Assembly (NCBI GenBank): GCA_037190965.1
Contig: JBBCKI010000025.1
Coordinates: 1 to 47,235, forward strand
DNA length: 47,235 nucleotides
Source: Chthoniobacteraceae bacterium
Lineage (GTDB): Bacteria; Verrucomicrobiota; Verrucomicrobiia; Chthoniobacterales; Chthoniobacteraceae
Reading direction: 5' to 3'
How positions within the stretch are numbered: the first letter of the stretch is position 1; every line of letters starts with the position of its first letter. The notes below the pieces were generated by a model. It was not told where the DNA came from. It searched no databases and saw nothing but the letters and a program-made list of their open reading frames with translations. The position numbers and the translations under genes were made by a program. Positions 30,271-40,002 of the stretch are shown here, piece by piece.

Positions 30271-32193
30271 CTACCCCTGCCCGTTGTAGGCGATCTGGAG
30301 GTAGGTGTAGCTCCTCAAGCCACGCTCGTAGCTGGTCAGCAGCTTCATCCCTTCGTTCGGCTTGAGACGGTCTCCCTTGATGGCGGAGTCCACCTGCGTC
30401 TTGAAGCGGCGGATAAGGTCGCTCTGGTTCCACTGCGTCATCGCCAGCACTTCGGCGATGGTGCTCCCCTCCAGGGTCTCCTCGATGTAGAAGCCGTCTT
30501 CTTCGTCTTCATCCAGAAAGACGTGGGCTTCGTTCACGCGGCCAAAGAGGTTATGGAGATCCCCCATGATGTCCTGATAGGCCCCAAGAAGGAAGAAGCC
30601 GATGTAGTAAGGCTTCCCGGCTTCGAGCCGATGCAGCGGCAGCGTCTCCTTGACGTCCTGAAGGTCGATGAACTTGCTCACCTTGCCGTCGGAATCGCAC
30701 GTAATATCGACCAGGGTGCCGTTGCGCTCCGGGCGAGTGTCGAGCCGATGAATCGGCATGACGGGGAAAAGTTGCCCCAGCGCCCAGTGATCCAGCAGTG
30801 ACTGGAAGACGGAGAAGTTGCAGACGTACTGGTCGCCCAACGCCACTTCGAGTTCCTTGACTTCGTCTGGCACGTACTCCTGATCGCGGAAAAGCTCGAC
30901 GATCCGCTCGGCAAGCCGCCAGAAGGTCTGCTCGATCTTCGCCTTGCTCTCAAGATCCATGAGCCCGAAGTCGAACATCGAGAGCGACTGCTCTTTGATT
31001 TCCTGGATGTCGTGCAGCGTCTCGGTGCGGTTGGTGGCCGTGAGGTTGCGCTCGATGTCGAGAATGTCATGGACGAGCTTGTGATCCTCCTCCTTCGCAA
31101 CGGGGGCGAGGGAAGAGCCTTTCTTCTCGATGGCTCCGAACGCCTCCACCACGAGGATGGAGTGATGCGCGACGATGGCGCGCCCGCTCTCGCTGACGAT
31201 GATCGGGTGCGGGACCTCTTCGGAGTCGCACACCTCCATGATGTTGTAGACCACGTCGCGGGCATACTCCTGCAACGTGTAGTTCATGGAACTGTCGAAG
31301 GTCGTCTTGGAACCGTCGTAATCGACCCCGAGGCCGCCGCCGACGTCGAGATAGCCGAGGTCATGCCCCATCTTCGCCAGCTTGGAGTAAAAACGGGCGG
31401 CTTCGCGCACGGCGCGCTTGATCGTGCCGATATCCGGAACCTGCGAACCGACATGGAAGTGGACGAGCTTGAGGCAATGCGCCAGCCCCGCTTCCTTAAG
31501 CGTTTCGCTCGCACGGACGAGATCCGCCGTTGAGAGACCAAACTTGGCGTTTTCCCCGCCGCTGGTGGCCCATTTGCCCGCGCCCTTGGCCTGAAGGCGG
31601 ACACGCAGCCCGATCATCGGTTCGACGCCGACTTCCTTGGAAACGGTCAAAATCTGGAAAAGTTCCTCTAGCTTCTCGACGACCATGATGACCCGCTTGC
31701 CGAGTTTGTTGCCCAGCAGGGCGTTCTGGACAAACTGGCTGTCCTTGTAGCCGTTGCAGATGATGACGCTCTCCGGGTCGTTGTTGATGGCGAGGGCCGC
31801 GAGAAGCTCGGGCTTGCTGCCCGCCTCGATGCCGAAATGGAACGGCTTTCCGGCCTCCACGATCTCCTCCACCACCTCGCGGAGTTGGTTGACCTTGATC
31901 GGGAAGACCCCCCGGTAGTGGTTCTTGTAAGAAAATTCCGTGATGGCGGACTGGAAGGCGTGGTTGATCGTCTCCACCCGGTGCCGGAGCAGGTCCTGGA
32001 ACCGAAGCACCAGCGGGAAAGTGAGACCGCGATCGCGCGCGTCCTCAATGACCTCCATGATATCCACCGACGCCGCCGGGTCCTGCGTGGGCAGGATCTC
32101 CACGTTGCCGCGTTGATTGATCGAAAAGTAGCCCGTGCTCCAACGGTCGATGTTGTAGAGCGCGATGGCGGAGTCGGTATTCCAGTCTTGCAT
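30271..32193 (-). CDS. speA: Biosynthetic arginine decarboxylase
   Basis: VFPIKVNQ (PLP Lys), EAGSKPE, HFHVGSQ, DVGGGLGVDYDG, ESGR, DITCDSDG, GAYQ..HNLFG. Confidence 0.97.
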   Translation of the reverse strand: MQDWNTDSAIALYNIDRWSTGYFSINQRGNVEILPTQDPAASVDIMEVIEDARDRGLTFPLVLRFQDLLRHRVETINHAFQSAITEFSYKNHYRGVFPIKVNQLREVVEEIVEAGKPFHFGIEAGSKPELLAALAINNDPESVIICNGYKDSQFVQNALLGNKLGKRVIMVVEKLEELFQILTVSKEVGVEPMIGLRVRLQAKGAGKWATSGGENAKFGLSTADLVRASETLKEAGLAHCLKLVHFHVGSQVPDIGTIKRAVREAARFYSKLAKMGHDLGYLDVGGGLGVDYDGSKTTFDSSMNYTLQEYARDVVYNIMEVCDSEEVPHPIIVSESGRAIVAHHSILVVEAFGAIEKKGSSLAPVAKEEDHKLVHDILDIERNLTATNRTETLHDIQEIKEQSLSMFDFGLMDLESKAKIEQTFWRLAERIVELFRDQEYVPDEVKELEVALGDQYVCNFSVFQSLLDHWALGQLFPVMPIHRLDTRPERNGTLVDITCDSDGKVSKFIDLQDVKETLPLHRLEAGKPYYIGFFLLGAYQDIMGDLHNLFGRVNEAHVFLDEDEEDGFYIEETLEGSTIAEVLAMTQWNQSDLIRRFKTQVDSAIKGDRLKPNEGMKLLTSYERGLRSYTYLQIAYNGQG

Positions 32194-32207
32194 GATTAAG
32201 CGGCGTC

Positions 32208-32239
32208 ATACTATTGCCCGACGGTAGGTTTGCAATAGT
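32208..32239 (-). promoter_or_regulatory. Putative speA promoter overlapped by an inverted repeat
   Basis: Minus strand TTGCAA-N16-TAGTAT; ACTATTGC-N14-GCAATAGT at 32210-32239. Confidence 0.45.
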
Positions 32240-32356
32240 CTCAGAGAGGAATTTTCACCCACTCTCACGAGAACAAAAGCGGATATTTCGAGCGGGGTTT
32301 GCCTCAGCGTTCCGGATTTGATCCCAAAGGCCCCGCAAGGCATGCTGTGAGGCCCC

Positions 32357-33178
32357 ATGGATGGATCTACGGTCTACGATCTGAGGCAGGGCGATTGCGT
32401 GCAGGGAATGCGGCTTCTCGCGCGGGAATCGGTGGATATCGCCGTCACCTCGCCTCCCTATAACCTGGGGGTGCGCTACTCCCGGTATCGCGACGACGCC
32501 GCCCGGTCGGAATATCTCGACTGGTCCCTGCGCTGGGCCATGGAGGTGGACCGGGTGCTCAAACCGGAGGGCGCACTCTTTCTGAATATCGGCGCGGTCC
32601 CCGCCAACCCGCTCCTCCCCCACCAGATCGCCCTGCGGCTCAGCGAGGTTTTCGTCCTCCAGAACACGATCCACTGGGTCAAGTCGATCGCCATCCGGCG
32701 GCGCAACGGGGAATCGCTGGCGGTGGGGCATTTCAAGCCGATCAACTCCCCGCGCTACCTGAGCGACTGCCACGAGTACGTCTTTCACTTCACCAAGGAG
32801 GGCCGGGCTCCCCTCCAGCGCCTCGCCATCGGGGTGCCGTATGCCGACAAGAGCAACATCGCCCGCTGGAGCCATACCGGAGGACACGACCGCCGCTGCC
32901 GGGGCAACAACTGGTTCATCCCGTACCGGACGATCCGCAATCGAGCCAAAGATCGCCCCCACCCCGCCACCTTCCCCCCGGAGCTTGCGGCGATGTGCCT
33001 GCGCCTGCACGGCGTCGGCGAGCAAAGCGTGGTGCTCGACCCCTTCCTCGGCCTGGGCCATTGCGCCGTTGCGGCGGGCGAGTGCGGCGCCGGGCGGTTT
33101 ATCGGGTTTGAGATCGACGGCGATTATCTTGACGAGGCGCGAAAACGGCTTTCCGAAATGCCCGCGCCATGCGGCTAG
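32357..33178 (+). CDS. Beta-class N4/N6 DNA methyltransferase (orphan)
   Basis: VTSPPYN (motif IV) N-terminal; HPATFP; LDPFLGLG (motif I) C-terminal; GFEID. Confidence 0.9.
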   Translation: MDGSTVYDLRQGDCVQGMRLLARESVDIAVTSPPYNLGVRYSRYRDDAARSEYLDWSLRWAMEVDRVLKPEGALFLNIGAVPANPLLPHQIALRLSEVFVLQNTIHWVKSIAIRRRNGESLAVGHFKPINSPRYLSDCHEYVFHFTKEGRAPLQRLAIGVPYADKSNIARWSHTGGHDRRCRGNNWFIPYRTIRNRAKDRPHPATFPPELAAMCLRLHGVGEQSVVLDPFLGLGHCAVAAGECGAGRFIGFEIDGDYLDEARKRLSEMPAPCG

Positions 33179-33341
33179 AGTGGCGCGGCAGCACCGGTAG
33201 CCCGCTCGCGCCGCCGAGCGCGGGTATCGGCTCTCGTTTCTCCTAAACGCCACATCCCAACAACTTCAGCCGTCCTGCGGGGATGGACGTCAAACGCGAA
33301 TCCCAGTCAATCTCCGCGCTCGACGGCGCGAGCGGGCTACC
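33179..33341. repeat. REPIN-like element, family A copy 2
   Basis: GGTAGCCCGCTCGCGCCGCCGAGCGCGG ... CCGCGCTCGACGGCGCGAGCGGGCTACC. Confidence 0.85.
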
Positions 33342-33434
33342 TGCCGTCCTGCAACCGACCTGACGGCTCTTCCGCAATCCCTTTGATTTTCCTCCCCTTT
33401 TAAGCTTTTGTGAGCCTTCGCACTCAACCGCCGA

Positions 33435-34352
33435 ATGCTCGCTTTTATTTTACGTCGATTCGCAACGATGCTGATGGTCCTCTTCTGCGTCGTTTCGATC
33501 ACGTTTTTTCTGGTGCGGCTGGCTCCGGGCGGACCGTTTGACAAGGAGCGCAAGATTCCGCCCCAAATCGAGAAGGCACTTCTGGCGAAGTACAAGCTCG
33601 ATGGCACCCTTTGGCAGCAGTACACCGGCTACCTGGGCGATCTCCTGAAGGGCGACCTTCGCCTTTCGACCAAGTACCGCAACCGAACGGTGAACGAGCT
33701 TCTGGCCCAGACGCTGCCGACGACGGCGCTTCTCGGCGGGACTGCTTTTGTCATCGCCACGGTGGGAGGTGTGGCGCTTGGCGCGTGGGCGGCCGCGCGG
33801 AGAGGCACGGCGGAGGAAACCGGGGCGATGTTCGTTTCTCTGATCGCCATTTCCCTGCCGACGTTTGTGACCGGCCCCCTGTTGATCCTTGTTTTCGCGC
33901 TCACGCTGAATTGGTTGCCCGTCGGCGGTCTCGATTCTCCCGCAAGCCTGATCCTGCCCGCGCTGACGCTGGCGGGGCCGTATGTCGCCTATATCGCCCG
34001 GTTGACCCGCACAAGCATGCTGGAGGTGCTGGGGCAGGATTTTGTCCGCACGGCGCGCGCCAAGGGGCTCTCCGAATGGCGGGTCGTCTCCAAGCATGCG
34101 GCGAAGGTCGCGCTTCTCCCGGTGGTCTCGTTCCTCGGGCCGCTGGCGGCCAACCTGCTGACCGGTTCCATTGTCGTGGAGACCGTTTTCAACATTCCCG
34201 GCGCTGGCGGCTTTTTTGTGAACTCGATCCAGAACCGCGACGGCTTCCTGCTGGGCGGCGTGGTCATCGTCTACTGCGTGCTCCTTGTCGTGCTCAACCT
34301 GCTGGTCGATATCGCCTACACCTGGATGGATCGCCGCATCAAACTCGCATGA
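33435..34352 (+). CDS. oppB: Oligopeptide ABC permease (OppB/DppB family)
   Basis: LAPGGPF, TARAKGL, IVVETVFNIPG, NLLVDIAY. Confidence 0.9.
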   Translation: MLAFILRRFATMLMVLFCVVSITFFLVRLAPGGPFDKERKIPPQIEKALLAKYKLDGTLWQQYTGYLGDLLKGDLRLSTKYRNRTVNELLAQTLPTTALLGGTAFVIATVGGVALGAWAAARRGTAEETGAMFVSLIAISLPTFVTGPLLILVFALTLNWLPVGGLDSPASLILPALTLAGPYVAYIARLTRTSMLEVLGQDFVRTARAKGLSEWRVVSKHAAKVALLPVVSFLGPLAANLLTGSIVVETVFNIPGAGGFFVNSIQNRDGFLLGGVVIVYCVLLVVLNLLVDIAYTWMDRRIKLA

Positions 34353-35281
34353 AGACCGGAAGCTCAAAACCGGAAACCGGAAAGGCTGGAGAAGTCTCGG
34401 CATGGGGCGTTCTGCGCCGCAACCGGATGGCGCTCCTCTGCATGGGAGTGCTCGGCGCGATGACGCTGGCGGCCATCTTCGGCCCGTGGCTGATGCCCGA
34501 ATCGGCCTCTCAGCTTACGGCCAACCAGTTTGCGCCTCCTTCGTGGGAACACCCGTTCGGCACCGATCTGCACGGGCAGGATCTCCTCTACCGCGTTCTG
34601 ACGGGCGCACGCGTTTCGCTTTTTGTCGGCTTGGCGGGCGCGGTGATCTCGTTTGCCATCGGCACCGCCTACGGGCTCATTGCCGGGTATGCGGGCGGCA
34701 AAATCGACGGCGCGATGATGCGGATCGTGGAGATTCTCTACTCCATCCCCCGGCTTATCATCGTCTTGATCGCCATCAACGCCTTCGACGATCCCATCAA
34801 AAAGTGGTTGTCCGCGCTCGACGCCCCCGGGCTCATCAGCTACTCGCGCATTCTCATTCTGGTGCTTTCGCTCGGGTTGATCGAGTGGCTCACGATGGCC
34901 CGGATCGTCCGGGGGCAGGTGCTTTCGCTCAAATCGCAACAGTTCGTCACCGCCGCCCGAAGCCTCGGGCAGAGTCATTGGAAAATCGTGACGCGGCATC
35001 TGCTGCCGAACCTCGTGGGCGTCGTGGTCATCTATCTGACCCTCACCGTTCCCGCCGTCATTCTTGACGAATCGTTCCTGAGCTTCCTCGGCCTTGGCAT
35101 CCAGGCCCCGCAGGCAAGCTGGGGCTCGCTGCTCGCCAGCGGCGCGCAGGCGATCAACCCGGTGCGGAGCTACTGGTGGCTGCTGGTCTTTCCCGCCGCG
35201 ACGATGAGTGTGACGCTGCTCGCGCTCAATTTCCTGGGGGACGCCCTGCGGGACGCGCTCGATCCGCGCTCGCGGCGGTAG
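34349..35281 (+). CDS. oppC: Oligopeptide ABC permease (OppC/DppC family)
   Basis: ATGA overlap with oppB; HPFGTD..G.D, ARIVRGQ, ESFLSFLGLG, GDALRDALDPR. Confidence 0.9.
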   Translation: MKTGSSKPETGKAGEVSAWGVLRRNRMALLCMGVLGAMTLAAIFGPWLMPESASQLTANQFAPPSWEHPFGTDLHGQDLLYRVLTGARVSLFVGLAGAVISFAIGTAYGLIAGYAGGKIDGAMMRIVEILYSIPRLIIVLIAINAFDDPIKKWLSALDAPGLISYSRILILVLSLGLIEWLTMARIVRGQVLSLKSQQFVTAARSLGQSHWKIVTRHLLPNLVGVVVIYLTLTVPAVILDESFLSFLGLGIQAPQASWGSLLASGAQAINPVRSYWWLLVFPAATMSVTLLALNFLGDALRDALDPRSRR

Positions 35282-35328
35282 GTTGTGTTTACGAATTGAG
35301 AAAAAGTGAGCCTTCGGCTGCAAGGAAT

Positions 35329-35445
35329 GCGGCGTCGCGGAGCTCCGCCCTCCGTTTTTGGGTATTGCTCCACTGTCTATCAAAAAGCTTTCGTCCTGCG
35401 CGCGCTTGCGCGCAGTAGAGGGAGGGCGGAGTTCCACGACGCCGC
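35329..35445. repeat. REPIN-like element, family B copy 2
   Basis: GCGGCGTCGCGGAGCTCCGCCCTCC ... GGAGGGCGGAGTTCCACGACGCCGC. Confidence 0.8.
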
Positions 35446-35542
35446 CTATGGCCAAAGGCCCTCTATTTCCTCTTCTCAATAACTCGGGCCTGCGGGACCA
35501 AGCACGGCCCCGCGCCCCCCGGGGCACGATCTTTGTCGGATC

Positions 35543-36355
35543 ATGCCGGATTCCTCCCATAAAAAGGGAAATGGCGCGCCTCATCCAAGCACGGCTCCCG
35601 CCTCTCCCCTCGTGAGCTGCTACGCCTACAGTGGCGGCTACCACTGGCACTGGAAGCAAAGCCACGACAGTTTCCCAGGGCAACCGGTGGTGCTGATCCA
35701 CGGGCTTATCGTCACCAGCATGACCTTGGTTCCCCTTGCCGAGGCGATTACCGGCTGGGCTCCCGTGCTTGTTCCCGATTTGCCGGGTTTCGGGTTGAGC
35801 AGTGGCGATTCCCGGGCTCTGGGCATTCCCGAACTCGCGGCGGCGCTCGCGGAGTGGATGAGCCTGGTGGGCGTTCCGGTGGCGCACGTCGTCGGGAGTT
35901 CCTTCGGCTCCCAAATCGCGGCGGAACTCGCGGCGCGTTTCCCGCAACGCATCCGGAGCCTGACGTTGATCGGCCCCACGGTCGATCCCTCCGCCCGGAC
36001 GCTGCGAGCCCAGGCGGCCCGCTTCTTCGAGGATGTTCCCCACGAGCCGCTACGCCTGTGGGCCGACCACGCCCATAACAGATTTCACCATACGTTCGAC
36101 GCATTCCGGGCGTTGCTGCGCGACCGGATCGAGACCAAGCTGCCGCATGTCAAAGCGCCCGCGTTGATCCTGCGCGGCTCCTGCGATCCGATTGCACCCG
36201 AATCGTGGACCCGCCACGCGGCACGGCTTCTCCCGGGAGCACGCGCGGACTCCCTGTCCGACGGAGCGCATTGTGTCCACTTCAGCCACCCAAGGCTGGT
36301 GGCCAGCGCCGTGCGGAAATTCACTTTTCCGCTTCGACACGGGCTGAGATTGTAA
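35543..36355 (+). CDS. Alpha/beta-fold hydrolase
   Basis: VLIHG, PDLPGFG, GSSFG nucleophile elbow, G..D, GAH. Confidence 0.85.
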   Translation: MPDSSHKKGNGAPHPSTAPASPLVSCYAYSGGYHWHWKQSHDSFPGQPVVLIHGLIVTSMTLVPLAEAITGWAPVLVPDLPGFGLSSGDSRALGIPELAAALAEWMSLVGVPVAHVVGSSFGSQIAAELAARFPQRIRSLTLIGPTVDPSARTLRAQAARFFEDVPHEPLRLWADHAHNRFHHTFDAFRALLRDRIETKLPHVKAPALILRGSCDPIAPESWTRHAARLLPGARADSLSDGAHCVHFSHPRLVASAVRKFTFPLRHGLRL

Positions 36356-36358
36356 GGA

Positions 36359-37627
36359 CTACTCCGTTACCGCGCGCATCACTAAGCTCGCATTGATCCC
36401 CCCGAATCCGAACGCGTTGTTGAGCGCGCATCGGATCGGCTGGCAGCGCCCTTCGTTGGGGACGATGTCGAGGTCGCAGGCCGGGTCGGGCGTCTGATGA
36501 TGCAGCGTCGGAGGGATATACCCCTCCTTCAACGCCAGCGCGCAGATCGCCGTTTCCATCGCCCCGGTTGCGCCGAGGGGATGAGCGGTGAACGGTTTGG
36601 TACCGCTGATGGCAAGACGTCGGGCGTGATCGCCGAACACCGCCTTGATGCACGAAATTTCGTTCGCGTCGTTGAGCTGCGTCGAGCTGGCGTGACAGTT
36701 GATGTATTCCACCTCCTGCGGCGCGGCGCCCGCGTCGGCAAGGGCGGCGCGCATGCAGTCGATCACCGCTTCGCCCGAAGGCAGCGGCGAGGTCATGTGA
36801 TACGCCTCATTATTGAGTGCGTACCCGCACACCTCGGCATAAATCGTCGCTCCACGGCGCACGGCGTGTTCGTACTCCTCCAGCACAAGACTGGCAGCCC
36901 CCTCACCCATGACGAAACCGTCGCGGTCGAGATCGAACGGGCGATAGGCGAAAGCCGGTTCCCCCTTCCAGCGGCTCATGGTCTTGATGAAGTCGAACGC
37001 GCCGAAAGTCAGCGGGCTCAAGGGAGCCTCCGCGCCACCCGCGATCATCACGTCGGCCATGCCGTCGCGGATATACCGCATCGCTTCGCCCACGGCGACG
37101 ACTCCGCTGGCGCAGGAGTTGGAATTGGTCGTTCCCGTGCCGCGAAAGCCGCACTCGATGGCGATGTTCGAATGCGCCGCCCCGCCGAAGACCTGCAAGG
37201 CGAGCGTCTGGTTGACCGCGCGCGCCCCTTTTTCCAGAAAACGGCCATGCTCGACTTCGGCTCCGGAGATTCCGCCAAGGGCGGTCCCGAACGAGACTCC
37301 GACACGCGCCTGCGGCGTCTCCCGAGACCACGGGAAACCAGCGTCTTCCAGCGCAAGCAGCGCGGAACCAACGGAGAACTGCGAATAACGGTCAAGCCGC
37401 TTGAGCCGATGCGTGGGGAAAACGTCGCTCGCCTGCCAGTCGCGCACCTCCCCGGCGCAACGGGCGTGGAATTGGCTGGCGTCAAACAGGGTCACGGGGC
37501 CGATCCCGCTGCGCCCGGCGCGAATGCTCCCCCAAAACGCCTCCCGGCCGGAGCCGGCGCAGGTGATCGGGCCGATCCCGGTGATGACGACGCGGCGGAG
37601 GGAGCCGTTGCTTTCTTTGGACCCCAT
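36359..37627 (-). CDS. Beta-ketoacyl synthase (FabF / type II KS family); alternative start at 37657
   Basis: RRVVITGIG, NSCASG (Cys), DGFVMGEGA, CHASST and AHPLGA (His-His), NAFGFGG. Confidence 0.92.
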   Translation of the reverse strand: MGSKESNGSLRRVVITGIGPITCAGSGREAFWGSIRAGRSGIGPVTLFDASQFHARCAGEVRDWQASDVFPTHRLKRLDRYSQFSVGSALLALEDAGFPWSRETPQARVGVSFGTALGGISGAEVEHGRFLEKGARAVNQTLALQVFGGAAHSNIAIECGFRGTGTTNSNSCASGVVAVGEAMRYIRDGMADVMIAGGAEAPLSPLTFGAFDFIKTMSRWKGEPAFAYRPFDLDRDGFVMGEGAASLVLEEYEHAVRRGATIYAEVCGYALNNEAYHMTSPLPSGEAVIDCMRAALADAGAAPQEVEYINCHASSTQLNDANEISCIKAVFGDHARRLAISGTKPFTAHPLGATGAMETAICALALKEGYIPPTLHHQTPDPACDLDIVPNEGRCQPIRCALNNAFGFGGINASLVMRAVTE

Positions 37628-37628
37628 A

Positions 37629-38087
37629 TCAGGAGCGGGGCTGGGCTTGATTCTCATTTTCGAGGACTTCCTTCATCCGCATCAATGTTTTGCCTGCGAT
37701 GTTGTGAATAAAAAAACCTCCGATAATCCGCTCGGCCAGGGGAGCTAGCAGCGGCCATCGAAATTTCAAGTCGTGCATGATCTCCACCAGTACCCCGGCG
37801 GGTGTCTCCTTAAAGGTCCAGACGACCTCCATCCCCTTGGTCCACGCCCTGAGATGAGTGAATCGCACCTCGACCCGCTCCCGGTCGACGATCTGCTCGC
37901 TGGTCCACGCGATGGGAATGCCCGAGCGGGTGGCCGCCATCTTGACCACGTTGCGGACGGGGCTCTTTTCGTAGAAATGAATGTACCGGTAGTGCGGAAG
38001 AATCTTTGGCCATAACGCCAGATCCGCCGCCGTTTCGAAGATGCGGTCGCGGGGGGCGTGAATGATGATGGAATTGGCCGTATGCAC
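37629..38087 (-). CDS. SRPBCC (polyketide cyclase/aromatase-like) protein
   Basis: TANSIIIHAP..IF..AADL..WP.ILPHY; W.S; GM.VVW.F; C-terminal helix; GTG start inferred. Confidence 0.8.
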   Translation of the reverse strand: MHTANSIIIHAPRDRIFETAADLALWPKILPHYRYIHFYEKSPVRNVVKMAATRSGIPIAWTSEQIVDRERVEVRFTHLRAWTKGMEVVWTFKETPAGVLVEIMHDLKFRWPLLAPLAERIIGGFFIHNIAGKTLMRMKEVLENENQAQPRS

Positions 38088-38264
38088 GAGGGGGCACTTT
38101 GGCGGGAGTTCCCGTCCGGAGCAAGACGGGAAGTTCAAACCAGTGATTCCCCGCCCCTCTCCTCGTGGTCACCGTGCGGGCGGGGAGAATATCTCGCGCG
38201 AAGGACGGAAGGTCACCAAGAAGAGAACCTTGGCGGGCTTCGCGAGGTTGACGCGAAAAGAGAA

Positions 38265-38398
38265 AATGGTGCGAGCAGCACCGGTAGCCCGCTCGCGCCG
38301 TCGAGCGGCGGGTTTCGATTCCCGTGGCCCGTCCTGCAGGGATGGATGCCGAATGAGATTCTTCGCCGATCCCGCGCTCGCGGCGCGAGCGGGCTACC
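38265..38398. repeat. REPIN-like element, family A copy 3
   Basis: GGTAGCCCGCTCGCGCCGTCGAGCG ... CGCTCGCGGCGCGAGCGGGCTACC. Confidence 0.85.
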
Positions 38399-38409
38399 TG
38401 GCTTGGCCG

Positions 38410-39120
38410 TTAACCAATTACCTTATACCTCGCGAAGCACTCCCCTCCCACAACCTCCATTGCTTCCAATCGGCATTCGCGCGTGGCGGGGAGGAATTCC
38501 CCCGCCACTCCCGTAATGGTCGGCGCGGATACGCCGCCAAAGATCAGCGGGCAGAAGGTGAGGTTGATTTCATCCACGAGATCGGCCTCCAGCAGCGAGC
38601 GGAATAGGGTCGGGCCGCCCTCGCAGACGAGCCTCCGCACCCCATAGCGCTCCGCCAGGGTGGCAAGCATCACCCGTAGATCCACCTCCGTTCCTTCCGA
38701 CAGATGCAGCGTCGCCCTGTCTTCCAAGGCGGCTTGAGTGGCGGTGGGCATCCGGGTCGTGGAGAAAAGGACGATGGGCGAAAAATCGCTCTCGAAAATC
38801 CGGAGCCCGGGATCGATCGCGCCGGAGTGACTGGCCACGACGCGCAGCGGGTAAGCTGACTGGCCTCGTGAGACACGCCCGGCCCGCAACCGTTCGTCAG
38901 GAAGCCCCATCTGCATGCGGTCGACCTCGATGGTTTTCCTGCCGACGAGCAAGGCGTCGCCGGTAGCGCGAATTTCAAGAAGCCGCTGCTTGTCGCGAGG
39001 AGAGGAAAAATCCGAAGGCGTGCGGGCCCGGGTGGAGACACGGGCGTCCCATGTCATGGCAAAGTTCACCGCCACTTCGAGAATGCCGGATCGCGGGGCT
39101 TTCTGGGGAATGTCACTCAT
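38410..39120 (-). CDS. RibD C-terminal (pyrimidine reductase/DHFR-like) domain protein
   Basis: NFAMTWDAR, DALLVG..T, CEGGPTL, LVDEI..CPLIFGG. Confidence 0.85.
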   Translation of the reverse strand: MSDIPQKAPRSGILEVAVNFAMTWDARVSTRARTPSDFSSPRDKQRLLEIRATGDALLVGRKTIEVDRMQMGLPDERLRAGRVSRGQSAYPLRVVASHSGAIDPGLRIFESDFSPIVLFSTTRMPTATQAALEDRATLHLSEGTEVDLRVMLATLAERYGVRRLVCEGGPTLFRSLLEADLVDEINLTFCPLIFGGVSAPTITGVAGEFLPATRECRLEAMEVVGGECFARYKVIG

Positions 39121-39266
39121 TGCTTTCTACCGCCTCGACAATGATTTACACATTTCGGGGTCGGCAGGCCTCAACAAAATTCCAATGATTCTTGCAGCGG
39201 AAGCAAGCATGGCGAATGCTCGCTTTTTGCGAAGATCAACCCGGATCACCCCTTACCTTCGATTCT

Positions 39267-39998
39267 ATGAAACAAGTTTTGCGGAAAATAGTCGGCATCT
39301 TCAATCCCCCTCCCGCTGAAAACAAACCCGGAAAGCCACTGCTGCATTTCCTCCACATTGGAAAAACCGGCGGCAATGCCATCAAGTTTGCGCTGAAGAA
39401 CTCGCCCCCCGAAAAATACAGCGTCGAGCTTCACCGGCACCGTGTAAAACTGAGGAACGTGCCGGAAGGGGAAAAAGCGATGTTCTTTGTCCGTGAACCG
39501 ATCTCACGATTCGTCAGCGGTTTTTATAGTCGAAAAAGACAGGGTTACCCTCGCTACGTCAATAAGTGGAGCCCCGCCGAAGAGATTGCCTTTGGCCGGT
39601 TTGAGACCCCGAACGCATTAGCGATGGCCCTTTCCTCGGAAGATCCGGAGCAAAAGCTCGCGGCCGAGGAGGCCATGAAAGGCATCACCCATGTGAATAG
39701 TTCCTACTGGGACTGGTTCGAGAACGAAGAATACTTCCTGAGTCGCCTGCCCGATCTTTTCTTCGTCGGCTTTCAGGAATCCCTGGCGGAAAATTTCCAG
39801 GTCCTTAAACGCAAATTGAATCTCCCGGACACGGCAGCACTCCCCACCGACGACATCAATACCCACAGAAATCCCGAAGGGATCGACAAAAAGCTGGAGC
39901 CGGTCGCCATCGAGAATCTCAAAAAGTGGTATGCCCGCGAGTTCGACTTCATGGACCTTTGCCGCAGCAAGGCGGAGGAGATCAACCGCTTGGAGTAG
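39267..39998 (+). CDS. Sulfotransferase-family (Sulfotransfer_2-like) protein
   Basis: FLHIGKTGG (5'-PSB), VREPISRFVS (3'-PB), VGFQE. Confidence 0.7.
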   Translation: MKQVLRKIVGIFNPPPAENKPGKPLLHFLHIGKTGGNAIKFALKNSPPEKYSVELHRHRVKLRNVPEGEKAMFFVREPISRFVSGFYSRKRQGYPRYVNKWSPAEEIAFGRFETPNALAMALSSEDPEQKLAAEEAMKGITHVNSSYWDWFENEEYFLSRLPDLFFVGFQESLAENFQVLKRKLNLPDTAALPTDDINTHRNPEGIDKKLEPVAIENLKKWYAREFDFMDLCRSKAEEINRLE

Positions 39999-40002
39999 AC
40001 AA

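Noticed and set aside
29357..30433. 358-aa minus-strand ORF
   Set aside because: Overlaps speA out of frame, a REPIN and the methyltransferase in antisense
33611..34348. Apparent 246-aa N-terminal extension of OppC or an oppB-oppC frameshift fusion
   Set aside because: Alternative frame inside oppB; a clean ATGA-coupled start exists at 34349
34364..36043. 559-aa minus-strand ORF
   Set aside because: Lies antisense to oppC, a REPIN and the hydrolase; no protein-like motifs
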